Positions 1 through 12,948 of a DNA stretch of 64,000 bases are shown in pieces. The stretch comes from an uncultured Gemmatimonadaceae bacterium (GTDB taxonomy: Bacteria > Gemmatimonadota > Gemmatimonadetes > Gemmatimonadales > Gemmatimonadaceae). Position 1 is the first letter of the stretch. The number at the start of each line of letters is the position of its first letter. The stretch spans positions 192,001-256,000 of the forward strand of contig CAWGJO010000020.1 in NCBI GenBank assembly GCA_963822945.1, in the 5' to 3' direction. The notes under the pieces are model-generated. The model did no database searches and was not told the origin of the DNA. It saw nothing but the letters and a program-made list of their open reading frames with translations. The translations under genes were made by a program, and so were the position numbers.

Positions 1-1050
1 TTTCTGCAGGAGCTGTTCGCCACGCATCCCGAGTTCCTGCGCCCGGAGACGCGCCGGAACGAGATCCTGTCCCTGATGGAGCAGGGACTGGAAGACATCT
101 CGATCACCCGGTCGCGGCTGGCGTGGGCCATCCCGTTTCCGATTCCGACCAGCGCCGGGGAACACCAGGGCACGTGGGTGTGGTTCGACGCGCTACCCAA
201 CTATCTGACCGCCACCGGCTATCCCGATCCGTCGTTCACGCAACGGTGGCCGGCCCAGTTGCACGTGATCGGCAAGGACATCACCCGCCTGCACTGCGTG
301 ATCTGGCCGGCAATGCTCAAGGCCGCCGACCTGGACCTGCCGGAGTCGGTGTGGGCGCACGGCTTCGTGTCGCTGGGCGGTGAGCGGTTCAGCAAGTCGG
401 CGGGGGTGAAGTTGGAACTCGGGGACGCCATCGACCGGTTCGGCGCCGACGCGTTCCGCTACTTTCTGGCCCGCGAGGTGCCGTTCGACGGTGACGGCAG
501 CTTCTCGTGGGAGCGGTTCGAGGACCGGTACAATGCCGACCTGGCCAATGCCTGGGGCAATCTGGCCAGCCGGACGATCTCGATGGTGGAGCGCTATCGC
601 GGCGGCGTGGTGCCCGCCGCGGCGCGCGGACCGGTGGACGAAGCGGACGCCACCGATTACGCGGCCTATCATGCCTCGATGGACGGGTCGCGGGGATACA
701 TGCTCCACGACGCGCTGCGCCACGTGTGGCTCACCGTGGCCCGCGGCAACGAGTACGTCGACCGTCAGGCGCCGTGGAAGCTGGCCAAGGATCCAGCGCT
801 GGCCGGAGAACTCGACACGACGCTCGGCACGCTCATCCGCCAGCTCGCGCGACAGTGCGTGGCGCTGCAGCCCTTCATGCCCCGCAAGACCCAGGAACTC
901 TGGGAACAGCTCGGAGGCCCGGGCGCCGTGGCCGAGCAGCGTTTCGCCGGCTTCGACGCCCTGGATGCCGCAGGGTGGCGCGTGCAGAAAGGCGCACCCC
1001 TGTTCCCGAAGGAGCAGACACCGGACAAAAAGAAGCCGGCGGCGGAGTGA
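1..1050 (+). CDS. metG: Methionine--tRNA ligase, 5' part outside window; short form without C-terminal tRNA-binding appendix
   Basis: Open frame from base 1. Motifs DISITR..WAIP, WVWFDAL.NY, IGKDI..H, HGF and KMSKS-like RFSKS, then anticodon-domain NADLANAWGNL and NEYVD...PW. Confidence 0.95.
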   Translation, partial: FLQELFATHPEFLRPETRRNEILSLMEQGLEDISITRSRLAWAIPFPIPTSAGEHQGTWVWFDALPNYLTATGYPDPSFTQRWPAQLHVIGKDITRLHCVIWPAMLKAADLDLPESVWAHGFVSLGGERFSKSAGVKLELGDAIDRFGADAFRYFLAREVPFDGDGSFSWERFEDRYNADLANAWGNLASRTISMVERYRGGVVPAAARGPVDEADATDYAAYHASMDGSRGYMLHDALRHVWLTVARGNEYVDRQAPWKLAKDPALAGELDTTLGTLIRQLARQCVALQPFMPRKTQELWEQLGGPGAVAEQRFAGFDALDAAGWRVQKGAPLFPKEQTPDKKKPAAE

Positions 1051-1105
1051 TCTCCGCCGCCGGCCCGGACTCTCCGGCCTCCGGCTATCAGCCGAACGCC
1101 GCCCG
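1051..1105. repeat. Degenerate heptamer tandem tract (CTCCGGC-like) between convergent genes
   Basis: tctccgc cgccggc ccggact ctccggc ctccggc tatcagc cgaacgc; 7-bp periodicity, only two units identical. Confidence 0.4.
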
Positions 1106-1119
1106 ACGTGGCGCGTTGC

Positions 1120-1647
1120 TCAGAACTTGATGCCGAACGTGATCGGCAGCATCTGCGCCGACGAGCCGCTGGTGTTGATGTAGTAGTAGCGGAGCTCGAC
1201 GAACGTCGTCATGTCGTTGAGCTGCCACTCCAGTCCCCCGCCGAAGTTGAGTCCGAAATCGTTCTCGCTGAACCCGCCCTGGCTCAGGTGGTTGAGCCCG
1301 ATGCCGCCGATGAAGTACGGCGCGCCGGTGCCGCTGGCCATCGGATACACCGCGTTGATGTACCCCGACGTGATGCCCATGTTGGGCAGGCCGAACTTGC
1401 CGCTGAATCCTGAATACGACAACTCGCCACGAAGTCCAACCGGCCATCCCTGCGGCGTTCCGGCCACCAACCCGTTGAGGATGTACCCGGTCTGCTGCGT
1501 CTGGCTAAGGTCGCTCAGTGGGATATTGAGACCGGCACTCAACCCGAAGCGGACGGGCGAGGCCTCCTGGGCCCGGGCCGTCCGGCCGGTGAATGCAACC
1601 AGGGCGAGCATCGTCGCCGCGGACGCTGCGTAGCGGGAAAGTCTCAT
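1120..1647 (-). CDS. Outer-membrane beta-barrel protein (8-stranded OmpA/OmpW-like)
   Basis: Signal peptide MRLSRYAASAATMLALVAF...ARA-Q; alternating beta-strand pattern (PYFIGGIG, FGLNFGGG); C-terminal Phe (GIKF). Confidence 0.85.
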   Translation of the reverse strand: MRLSRYAASAATMLALVAFTGRTARAQEASPVRFGLSAGLNIPLSDLSQTQQTGYILNGLVAGTPQGWPVGLRGELSYSGFSGKFGLPNMGITSGYINAVYPMASGTGAPYFIGGIGLNHLSQGGFSENDFGLNFGGGLEWQLNDMTTFVELRYYYINTSGSSAQMLPITFGIKF

Positions 1648-1843
1648 ATTTGGGCTCCTGAGTCTTGGGTTCGCTGTGCGCCGTCGGCGGCGCGAGGTTC
1701 GTCGCATGCGGGCCGGCTCCAGCCGGAACCATACCCGCCTGCAACCTAGTGCAATGTCCCGATCGCGAAAGCGGGCGGCGCTTCGTTCCGCCGCCCGCGT
1801 TCACTACACCACAACCCCGTCGGAGTTACGCCGTCTCGGGGCC

Positions 1844-2443
1844 CTACTTCTTCGGCGTGGTCGTGGTCGCTCCCTTCGCGGGCGCCGGCGTCGAGAAGTC
1901 GACGGTCGGCACCTGCGTCGCGCCCTCGGTCGCCTGGAAGTACTTCCGTTCCTTGGCGCCGGTGACCTTTGCCGTCAGCACCGCCGGAAAGCGCCGGATG
2001 TACGCGTTATACGACTTCACCGCGTCGTTGTAATCGCTCCGCGCCACGGCGATGCGGTTCTCCGTACCCGTGAGTTCGTCCTGCAGCCGCAGGAAATTCT
2101 CGTCGGCCTTGAGGTTCGGATAGTTCTCCGAGATCGCCAACAGCCGACCCAGCGCGCTCGTCATTCCCTGATCGGCGTTCGCCATCTGCTCGGGATCGCC
2201 GCTCTTCACCGAATTGAGCAGGCGCGAGCGGGCCTCGGCCACCGTGTTGAACACCTCTTCCTCGTGCGCCGCGTAGCCCTTCACGGTGCTGACGAGATTC
2301 GGAATCAGGTCGGCGCGCCGCTGCAGTTGAACCTCGATCTGACTCTGCGCCGACGAGGCCTGCTCGTCCAGCGTCTGGATGGTGTTGTAACCGCAACCCG
2401 AGACGAGCACGGCGAGCCCTACCACGAGCCAGCGACGTTTCAT
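1844..2443 (-). CDS. lemA: LemA family protein (lipoprotein-type N-terminus)
   Basis: SGCGYN, QLQRRADLIPNLV.TVKGYA.HE, ENYPNLKADENF, LQDEL.GTENRIAVAR..YN, FP motifs. Confidence 0.95.
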   Translation of the reverse strand: MKRRWLVVGLAVLVSGCGYNTIQTLDEQASSAQSQIEVQLQRRADLIPNLVSTVKGYAAHEEEVFNTVAEARSRLLNSVKSGDPEQMANADQGMTSALGRLLAISENYPNLKADENFLRLQDELTGTENRIAVARSDYNDAVKSYNAYIRRFPAVLTAKVTGAKERKYFQATEGATQVPTVDFSTPAPAKGATTTTPKK

Positions 2444-2571
2444 CGGTTCGTTCCTCGTTCCCAATGTGAACCGGCGCCGGACGGCTTTCGCCAGTCCCCC
2501 GCCGGGCGACGGCCGGAATCGCTTCCGGCCCTCCCTTCCCTACGAACATTCCCCGACCGGAGTTCCGCCGG

Positions 2572-3291
2572 CTACCCCTGCTCGGCGAACCGGTCGAGGT
2601 ATTCCACGATCCCTTCCATGCCCTTGAGAAAGCCGTCGAGCACGGCGGGCGCGTCCACCGGGGCGAGCTTGTTCTCGCCCCGCACGTGGCGCACCACGCG
2701 CACGAACGCGTCGGCATCGACCCGCGCCGCCCCGCTCACCGACCGGCTCAACTCCACGTTGTCGCGCGACGGGATCTCGCCGCGCAGCCGCTCGACCGCG
2801 CGGAAGATCACCATGATCGTGCTCACGCTCGACGACAGGAGTTGCAGTTCCGCCTTCCGATCACCGGCCGACGCCAGCAGGCCCTGCCGGAGCGCCAGCA
2901 GCTTCCCGCGGGCCTGGTGCTCGAGCTGCAGGCGCAGGTCGGCCTTGCTGACCTGTACGCCGTCGAACGGCGACCGTCCGTGCAGCACCCGATGCCGGTC
3001 GATCATGTCGGCGTATTCCATCGGGAACACGTCGGACGAGTCCCGCCACTCCTCCTCCGTGAAGATCAGCGGCGGCGGATTGCCGGCCTCGCCCCAGGCA
3101 CGGGCCGTCGCCGAGAGCGCCCGCAGCCGCTCGGCGTCCAACCGCTTGACGATCACGAGCACGTTGTAGTCGGAGCGATTCGGGATGTGCTCCCCCGCCG
3201 CCGCCGAACCATAGAGCACCACCGAGTCCAGCCCATCCGCGAACGTCGAACTGAGCTGGGCCACCAATTCATCGAGCGTCATCTTTGCCAT
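2572..3291 (-). CDS. Nucleotidyltransferase-fold protein (MNT-like N-domain plus helical C-domain)
   Basis: MAKMTLDELV start 4 bp after the TPM stop. SVVLYGSAAAG...SDYNVLV matches the pol-beta superfamily hG[GS]..DxD motif with D>N; also FPMEY.D and VLHG. Confidence 0.8.
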   Translation of the reverse strand: MAKMTLDELVAQLSSTFADGLDSVVLYGSAAAGEHIPNRSDYNVLVIVKRLDAERLRALSATARAWGEAGNPPPLIFTEEEWRDSSDVFPMEYADMIDRHRVLHGRSPFDGVQVSKADLRLQLEHQARGKLLALRQGLLASAGDRKAELQLLSSSVSTIMVIFRAVERLRGEIPSRDNVELSRSVSGAARVDADAFVRVVRHVRGENKLAPVDAPAVLDGFLKGMEGIVEYLDRFAEQG

Positions 3292-3295
3292 AACG

Positions 3296-4099
3296 TCACC
3301 AGGAAGAGCCTCCGCCGCCGCCACTGAAGCCACCGCCACCGCCGAATCCGCCGAATCCGCCTCCCCCACCGAATCCGCCGCCGAATCCCCCACCGCCCCA
3401 TCCGCCCCGGCCTCCGCCGCCCCCCATTCCCCACGGAATGAAGAAGATCGGGAGGCACCCGCGCCGGCGACCGCCGAGCATGCTGAGGAGAATGAACAGC
3501 AGGAACAGAAAGACAATCGGCGGAATGCCGCCCGATTGTCCGTTGCCGGTCCGAACCGGCGCTCGCACCGCCGTGAGCGCCGAGTCGAGCGAGAAGTGGT
3601 ACTCCCCGGCGATCTTCTGGGCCACGCGAACGGCCACCAGCGACACGCCGTCGCTGTAGTCGCCGGTGCGGAAGTACTTCGAAACCGCCTCCCGACAGAT
3701 GTCCCCGGCATCGGCGTCGGTGATGTACCCTTCGGCGCCCCGTCCCACTTCGATGCGGCACTCCCCGTGCCCGCTCGAATTGGTCTCCTTGGGCACGATC
3801 AGGATCACGATGCCCGCGTTGCGATTCGGGTCGCCCGGCTGCCCGATGTTCCCCACCTTCCACTGCCGGCCGATCTGCAGGCTCACTTCGCTCACCGGCC
3901 GGCCCTTGAGGTCGGGCAGCGTCACGATGGCCATCTCGCCGGGCGAACTGGTCCGCACGGCCTGGGCCAACTGCGTCAGCACGTTCGACGTCTGAGGCGT
4001 CAGGACGTGGGCAAAGTCGTTGACCAACCCGGTCGGCGCGGGAATCTGCAGCGGGCCACCCTGGAGCAGCGCCGCAACGCCCACGAGGAGCGAGAGCAT
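3296..4099 (-). CDS. TPM domain protein (YgcG-like) with Gly-rich C-terminal tail
   Basis: VNDFAHVL, W.VG...N.G.VILI, RIEVG.G.EG.ITD, a TM helix, then GGFGGG...FSGGGGGSSW tail. Confidence 0.92.
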   Translation of the reverse strand: MLSLLVGVAALLQGGPLQIPAPTGLVNDFAHVLTPQTSNVLTQLAQAVRTSSPGEMAIVTLPDLKGRPVSEVSLQIGRQWKVGNIGQPGDPNRNAGIVILIVPKETNSSGHGECRIEVGRGAEGYITDADAGDICREAVSKYFRTGDYSDGVSLVAVRVAQKIAGEYHFSLDSALTAVRAPVRTGNGQSGGIPPIVFLFLLFILLSMLGGRRRGCLPIFFIPWGMGGGGGRGGWGGGGFGGGFGGGGGFGGFGGGGGFSGGGGGSSW

Positions 4100-4275
4100 G
4101 AACACGAGCGTTCGAAGTCGGGTAAGAGAAGTGGTTGGGCCTCTTCGAGTCTAGCCATCCCGCGAGCCCACGGCCAGACGAGGGGAGTCCCTCCGCATGT
4201 CGCTGGCCTGCATTAAGTTAGTACGTAATCCGGAGCACTGTTGTTTCCCCGCCTTCCCTCTCGATCCCAGCAGCC

Positions 4276-4944
4276 ATGCCCCGCACCCGTCTCCTCATCT
4301 CCGCCTCGGTAGCGGTTCTGGCGCTCGCCACGCTCGGCGCCAACGCGCCACGCCCGGGAAGCGACCACGCATCGGCCCGGACCTCCGCCGACAGCATCTC
4401 GACCCGGGCCGATGCCGGCCGCATTCTCGGCTCACCGACGGCCAAGGTGTGGCTCATCGAAGCGAGCGACTTCCAGTGCCCCTTCTGCAAGCAGTGGCAC
4501 GATGAATCGTACGCGACGATCATCAAGGACTACGTGAACACGGGCAAGGTTCGGTACGCGTTTCTGAACGATCCGCTCTCCATGCACCAGTTCTCGATGC
4601 AGGCCGCGGAAGCCGCCATGTGCGCGTCGGTCCAGGACAAGTTCTGGCCGATGCACCAGGCGCTGTTCGCCACGCAACACCAATGGGAAGTGCTGCCCAA
4701 TCCGGCCGCGTATTTCGACTCCCTCGCCGTGAAGGCCGGCGTGAACGCCGACGAATGGCGCACGTGCGTGCGGACGCACGCCACGCGGCCGATCATCGAC
4801 GCCGACCGGTACCGCTTGCGGGCCAGCGGCGTGCAGTCCACGCCAACCTTCTTCGTCGGCAGTCAGCGGCTGGAGGGCGTTCAGCCGCTGGCCGTCATGC
4901 GCCAGGTGCTGGACCAGGCGCTGGCCAAGGCGGGCACCCCGTAG
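4276..4944 (+). CDS. DsbA-family thioredoxin-fold protein
   Basis: Signal peptide; LG.P.A.V.LIE.SDFQCPFC; cis-Pro motif GVQSTPTFFV. Confidence 0.9.
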   Translation: MPRTRLLISASVAVLALATLGANAPRPGSDHASARTSADSISTRADAGRILGSPTAKVWLIEASDFQCPFCKQWHDESYATIIKDYVNTGKVRYAFLNDPLSMHQFSMQAAEAAMCASVQDKFWPMHQALFATQHQWEVLPNPAAYFDSLAVKAGVNADEWRTCVRTHATRPIIDADRYRLRASGVQSTPTFFVGSQRLEGVQPLAVMRQVLDQALAKAGTP

Positions 4945-4972
4945 CCCCGGCGCCACCCGCCAGGCACGCACC

Positions 4973-6259
4973 GTGAACGCCGCCGTCCGCCCGGTGTATG
5001 CCGCGGCTGCGCAACTGGCGCGGCTGGGGGCGGCGTTGGCCCCGGGGGACGGATCGAAACTGGTCCGCACCTTTGCCGCGCGACGCGGCATTCGCGAGCG
5101 CTACGCCGCGTGGGGCCGGCAGGGGCGCCAGGCCGGCCGCACCCTGCTCTGGATGCACGCGCCCTCCGTGGGCGAGGGGCTCCAGGCCCGGCCGGTGCTC
5201 GAGCTGTTGCGAGCGCGGCATCCGGCGCTGCAGCTGGCCTACACCTTCTTCTCGCCGAGTGCCGAGCGGTTCGCGTCGGGGCTGGACGTGGATTTCCGCG
5301 ACTTTCTTCCGTTCGATACCGTTGGGGATGCGCGCGCCGCGCTCGCGGCGTTGACCCCGCGCGCGCTCGTGTTCAGCAAGCTGGACGTGTGGCCCGTGCT
5401 CGCGCGCGAAGCGGCGCGGCAGGGCGTGAAGCTCGGGCTGGTGAGCGCGACCCTCGCCCGCGACTCGTCCCGCGGTCGCGGGCTTGCAGCCATGGTCCTG
5501 CACGACGCGTATGCGCGCCTGGACACCGTTGGCGCCATCGATACCGAAGACGCCGAACGCCTGGTCCGGCTCGGCGTGCGCGAGACGGTGGTCCAGGTCA
5601 CCGGCGACACCCGATTCGACCAGGTGTGGGCACGCGCTGCGAACGCGGGACTCGGCCGCCCGCTCATCGCGCCCCTGGTCTCGGAGCGTCCGACGCTCGT
5701 GGCTGGTTCGACCTGGCCCACCGATGAGACGCACCTGCTCCCGGCGTTCGCGGCCTGCCGCGGCAGCACGCCCGCCGTCCGGCTCATCGTCGCGCCGCAC
5801 GAGCCGTCGCCCGAACACCTGCGGCCCATCGAACGGTGGGCCGCGCAGGAACGAATCCCGTTGGCGCGGCTCGGAACGCCCGAGGCTTCGACCGCCGACG
5901 TCGTACTCGTGGACCGCGTGGGTGTGCTCGGCGATCTCTACGCACTCGCCGATCTCGCATACGTCGGAGGTGCGTTCCACTCGGCCGGCCTGCATTCGGT
6001 ACTCGAGCCGGCGGCATTCGGAGTGCCGGTGCTATTCGGCCCGCGCCACCAGGGGACGCGCGACGCGGGGCTCCTGCTGCGGGCCGACGCGGCGGTGGCC
6101 GTTTCCGGTCGCTCCGATCTGCTGGATGCCGTGAACGCCTGGGTCGGGGACCCGAACGCCCGGCGCGCGGCCGGCGCGCGGGCGCGCGCCGTCATCGAAC
6201 GGGGGCTGGGGGCCGCCGAACGGTCCGCGCGTCTCGTGGAACGCCTCTTGGCCGACTGA
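4973..6259 (+). CDS. waaA: 3-deoxy-D-manno-octulosonic acid (Kdo) transferase
   Basis: LWMHAPSVGE, LPFDT, TGDTRFD, VAGSTW, LIVAPHE, D.VGVL.DLY, YVGG, HSVLEPAAFG.PVLFGP. Confidence 0.9.
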   Translation: MNAAVRPVYAAAAQLARLGAALAPGDGSKLVRTFAARRGIRERYAAWGRQGRQAGRTLLWMHAPSVGEGLQARPVLELLRARHPALQLAYTFFSPSAERFASGLDVDFRDFLPFDTVGDARAALAALTPRALVFSKLDVWPVLAREAARQGVKLGLVSATLARDSSRGRGLAAMVLHDAYARLDTVGAIDTEDAERLVRLGVRETVVQVTGDTRFDQVWARAANAGLGRPLIAPLVSERPTLVAGSTWPTDETHLLPAFAACRGSTPAVRLIVAPHEPSPEHLRPIERWAAQERIPLARLGTPEASTADVVLVDRVGVLGDLYALADLAYVGGAFHSAGLHSVLEPAAFGVPVLFGPRHQGTRDAGLLLRADAAVAVSGRSDLLDAVNAWVGDPNARRAAGARARAVIERGLGAAERSARLVERLLAD

Positions 6260-6357
6260 CCCGTCAGCTTCCGTTTGCCTCAGGCGGAGGGCATCTTTCG
6301 AAGGCAGTCCCCTCGCGGCGTGAGCGCCCGCTGCTCTGCCCCAATCCCGGAGTCCGC

Positions 6358-6870
6358 GTGCGAACAGCCGCCCCGTTGGTCCTGCTGGCCTGGCTTGGCC
6401 TGGCCGGCGCCTGCGCAAGTAGCAAGACGCCGCCGCCGGGCGAGGGCGCGTCGATGTCGCTGACCGGGCCCGCGCCGGCGGTCACCCGGTTTTCTGGCCG
6501 CTTCAGTCCCGTGAGCAACCTCGTCACGGGCACCATCACCACGGGGTCCGTGCGCATCGTGGGCACGGTGCGCCTGCTGAGCGCCCCGGGGAGCGACGAC
6601 CAGTACACCGTACAGTTCGAATTCACCTCCGACCGCGGAGCCGAAGAGCTGTTGTGGAGCGTGGTCGCCGGCCGCTGCGGGAGCGGCAGCTTCCCGCTGA
6701 CGCCTCCCAACCAACTCCGCCCCATCGAGGTCCCGACCAACGGGAGCGTCCGGGTCAGCCGGCACATCGCCGCCGGCCTCACGCCGGGCCTGGACTACCA
6801 CCTGAACCTGTACGCCAACGGGGGCTCGGACCTGTCGTCGGTGGTCGGGTGCGCCAACCTCAAGAGTTGA
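6358..6870 (+). CDS. Lipoprotein, CHRD/Cu-Zn-SOD-like small beta fold (tentative)
   Basis: GTG start; lipobox LAGA-C; W.V..GRCGSG and YHLNLY...VVGCANL motifs. Fold assignment is from recalled family similarity. Confidence 0.65.
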   Translation: MRTAAPLVLLAWLGLAGACASSKTPPPGEGASMSLTGPAPAVTRFSGRFSPVSNLVTGTITTGSVRIVGTVRLLSAPGSDDQYTVQFEFTSDRGAEELLWSVVAGRCGSGSFPLTPPNQLRPIEVPTNGSVRVSRHIAAGLTPGLDYHLNLYANGGSDLSSVVGCANLKS

Positions 6871-6905
6871 TGGGGCGGGCCCCGCGCCGGTGATGCGGGA
6901 AGGCG

Positions 6906-6935
6906 AACGGCCCCGGGCAGCTGCCCGGGGCCGTT
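6906..6935. terminator. Perfect 30-bp palindrome, likely bidirectional terminator between the lipoprotein gene and atpC
   Basis: aacggccccgggcag|ctgcccggggccgtt between convergent stops. Confidence 0.75.
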
Positions 6936-6964
6936 TGCGCCATCGGTCGTCCGCTCCCGCGCGA

Positions 6965-7216
6965 TCAGGCGGCGGTAGCGCTCTCCGTCACGACCCGCAC
7001 GTGGTTCTCCACCACCTGGAGGAAGCCGCCCTCGACCGTGAACCGGCGCTGGGCTGCCCCCCCGTCGAGGCGGAGTTCTCCCTTGCCGAGCAGCGTCATC
7101 ATCGGCGCGTGGCCGGTGAGAATGCCCACCTGGCCGTCGAAGGCCGGCGCGATCACCGACTCGGCGTCGCCTTCGAAGAGCACCGCTCCCGGTGAGATCA
7201 CGGAGACTTTCAGCAC
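6965..7216 (-). CDS. atpC: ATP synthase F1 epsilon subunit (short, 83 aa)
   Basis: G.VGILTGHAP, VEGGFLQV..N.V.V; directly after atpD. Confidence 0.95.
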   Translation of the reverse strand: MLKVSVISPGAVLFEGDAESVIAPAFDGQVGILTGHAPMMTLLGKGELRLDGGAAQRRFTVEGGFLQVVENHVRVVTESATAA

Positions 7217-7227
7217 CGGAGTCGTCC

Positions 7228-9527
<2,300 letters not shown>

Positions 9528-9530
9528 GGG

Positions 9531-11132
<1,602 letters not shown>

Positions 11133-11276
11133 ACGGGATGAGCGAAATGAGGGCGTTGAAAAGTTGATGGGGAGCTTGTGAAAATTATCACAAGGCAGGG
11201 GGGCGTGCAAGCATCGTGGTGCGTTGCCGGAAGGGCTCAGCCGGCGGCTGCGTTCGCTTCACCCGGGGGGATTCTG

Positions 11277-11723
11277 ATGCCGGACATCGGGCCCATCGAC
11301 ACGACTTTAGCCCACATGGCGGGAAGCCTCAAGGACCTCAAAGTGTGGCAGGAGTCCGTCGGCCTGGCGGCCGACGTCATCCGTGCCGTGCGGCACACCA
11401 ACCGCCGCGAGATCAAGACGGTGGCCGAAGCGCTCATGACCACCGGCGTCAGCCTCGCCGACCACATCGCCGATGGGTTCGGCCGCTATTCGGCTCCCGA
11501 GCAGCGCCAGTGCTACCGGGCCGCCCGGCGGGACCTCCTCCGGCTCGAGACCGAACTCACCATCGCGCGGCAGGCCGACCTCGTATCCGCCGCCCACCTC
11601 TCCCAGTTGTCCCACCGGGCTCAGCTCGTGGCGCGGCTCCTGGGCGGCTACCTCGTCTACCTGGACCGCCAGCTCTCGGATCCGGCCAAGTCTACCCGCG
11701 ACTCCGGGCGTGCCCGCGGTTGA
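11277..11723 (+). CDS. Four-helix-bundle protein (23S rRNA IVS protein / TIGR02436-like)
   Basis: KDLKVWQ, S...HIADGFGR, L..LETEL.IA pattern. Alternative start at 11316. Confidence 0.8.
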   Translation: MPDIGPIDTTLAHMAGSLKDLKVWQESVGLAADVIRAVRHTNRREIKTVAEALMTTGVSLADHIADGFGRYSAPEQRQCYRAARRDLLRLETELTIARQADLVSAAHLSQLSHRAQLVARLLGGYLVYLDRQLSDPAKSTRDSGRARG

Positions 11724-12498
11724 ACCGCTCGATCAGGTCGACGGTCCGCAGCCGGGCCAGCGAGGCCGGCCGCGTGGCGGCGATGCGTTGGGCCGTGCTG
11801 GACAGGTGCGAGGACGACGCGAAGCCGAGCACGCGAGCCACGTCCCGGACGTCGTAGCCGGGGTTCTTGGCCAGCTCGGCGGCGCCGATGAGCCGCACGA
11901 GGTCGATGATGCGCTTCAGGTTCGGCGCCCCCTCGGCCGAGAAGGTGCGGCTCAGGTGCTCGCGGGTGACCCCCAGCGCACCGGCCAGGGCGGCGGTGCG
12001 TACGGGACGCCCGGCGTGCCCGACCACGTACTGCCAGGCGCCCACCTGGAGCTGTGTGCTCAGCGCCAGCGGCTTGGGCGGGTTGCCCAGGGCGCGCGTG
12101 AAGCGGGTGCTGTATGCCTGCCGCAGCACCAGTTCCCGCATCGCCTCCTCGTCGATGTCTTCCACCAGGACATCGGCGAAGTCGAGCGCCGCGCATTGGG
12201 CGAGCACCGGCCCGTCGGCCGCGCGGAGGGTGGTGAGGGCGAAGAAGGGAACGCTGGGGTACTCGCGGGCGAGCGCGGCGGCCTGCCAATTCTCCTCCTG
12301 CGCCGACCCGAGATCGACGATGGCGGCGTCGATGAGCTCCTCGTGGAAGCTCCGGCCGAAGTCGTCGACCGAACGGCGCACGACGAGCCGCCACCGCCGG
12401 CGGGGGAAGGTGTCGCGAGCGAGCGTGCGCGTGCGTTCTCGGGGCGCGAAGACGAGGACGGTAGGCGGGGGCCCTGCCGGCGCGACACGTTGGCGCAT
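11692..12498 (-). CDS. AraC-type HTH transcriptional regulator with degenerate receiver-like N-domain
   Basis: LAGALGVTREHLSRTF and VARVLGFASSSHLS HTH motifs; N-terminal DAAIVDL...YPSVPFFALT resembles a REC fold. Confidence 0.8.
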   Translation of the reverse strand: MRQRVAPAGPPPTVLVFAPRERTRTLARDTFPRRRWRLVVRRSVDDFGRSFHEELIDAAIVDLGSAQEENWQAAALAREYPSVPFFALTTLRAADGPVLAQCAALDFADVLVEDIDEEAMRELVLRQAYSTRFTRALGNPPKPLALSTQLQVGAWQYVVGHAGRPVRTAALAGALGVTREHLSRTFSAEGAPNLKRIIDLVRLIGAAELAKNPGYDVRDVARVLGFASSSHLSSTAQRIAATRPASLARLRTVDLIERFNRGHARSRG

Positions 12499-12501
12499 GG
12501 G

Positions 12502-12948
12502 TCAGACGCCGGCGAGGCGCGCCGTTACCTGATCGTTTGCGCGCCGCAGGATCTCGCGCGCGTTGCCGTAGGAGATTCGAGTTTCGGCTTCCGCGAACGG
12601 CAGCCATTTGCAGGCGCTGATGCCCTCGTCCCGCTGCGGGCAGGTGCGCGTGACCGACGTCTCCATCAGGAAGAAGTGGCAGATCTTGTGGATGAGGCGG
12701 CCGCGGAATCGAAAGTACCAATCGATGGTGTCGATGTCCCCCCGCACCTCGACGTCGGCGAGCCCGGTCTCCTCCGCGACTTCCCGGACGGCGGCGGTGG
12801 CCGGGAGTTCCCCCTCCTCGATATGCCCCTTGGGGAAGCCCCAGTTCTTGTAGCTGTCGCGGATCAGCAGGTAGAGCGGACGTCCGTCCTGCAGGCGGTA
12901 GACGACCCCGCCGGCAGAGGTTTCGAGGGCCGCGCGCGGACGGCTCAC
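12502..12948 (-). CDS. NUDIX hydrolase (Ap4A hydrolase-like)
   Basis: SAGGVVYR; WGFPKGHIEEGE....AAVREVAEETGL Nudix box. Confidence 0.93.
   Translation of the reverse strand: MSRPRAALETSAGGVVYRLQDGRPLYLLIRDSYKNWGFPKGHIEEGELPATAAVREVAEETGLADVEVRGDIDTIDWYFRFRGRLIHKICHFFLMETSVTRTCPQRDEGISACKWLPFAEAETRISYGNAREILRRANDQVTARLAGV

Noticed and set aside
2572..3291. MNT-HEPN toxin-antitoxin or CBASS-type defence cyclase
   Set aside because: No clear RxxxxH HEPN partner or effector gene, an altered catalytic motif, and a LemA/TPM context.
11277..11723. Diversity-generating retroelement accessory (Avd) or rRNA intervening sequence
   Set aside because: The fold family is shared, but there is no reverse transcriptase, template/variable repeat pair or rRNA in the window.
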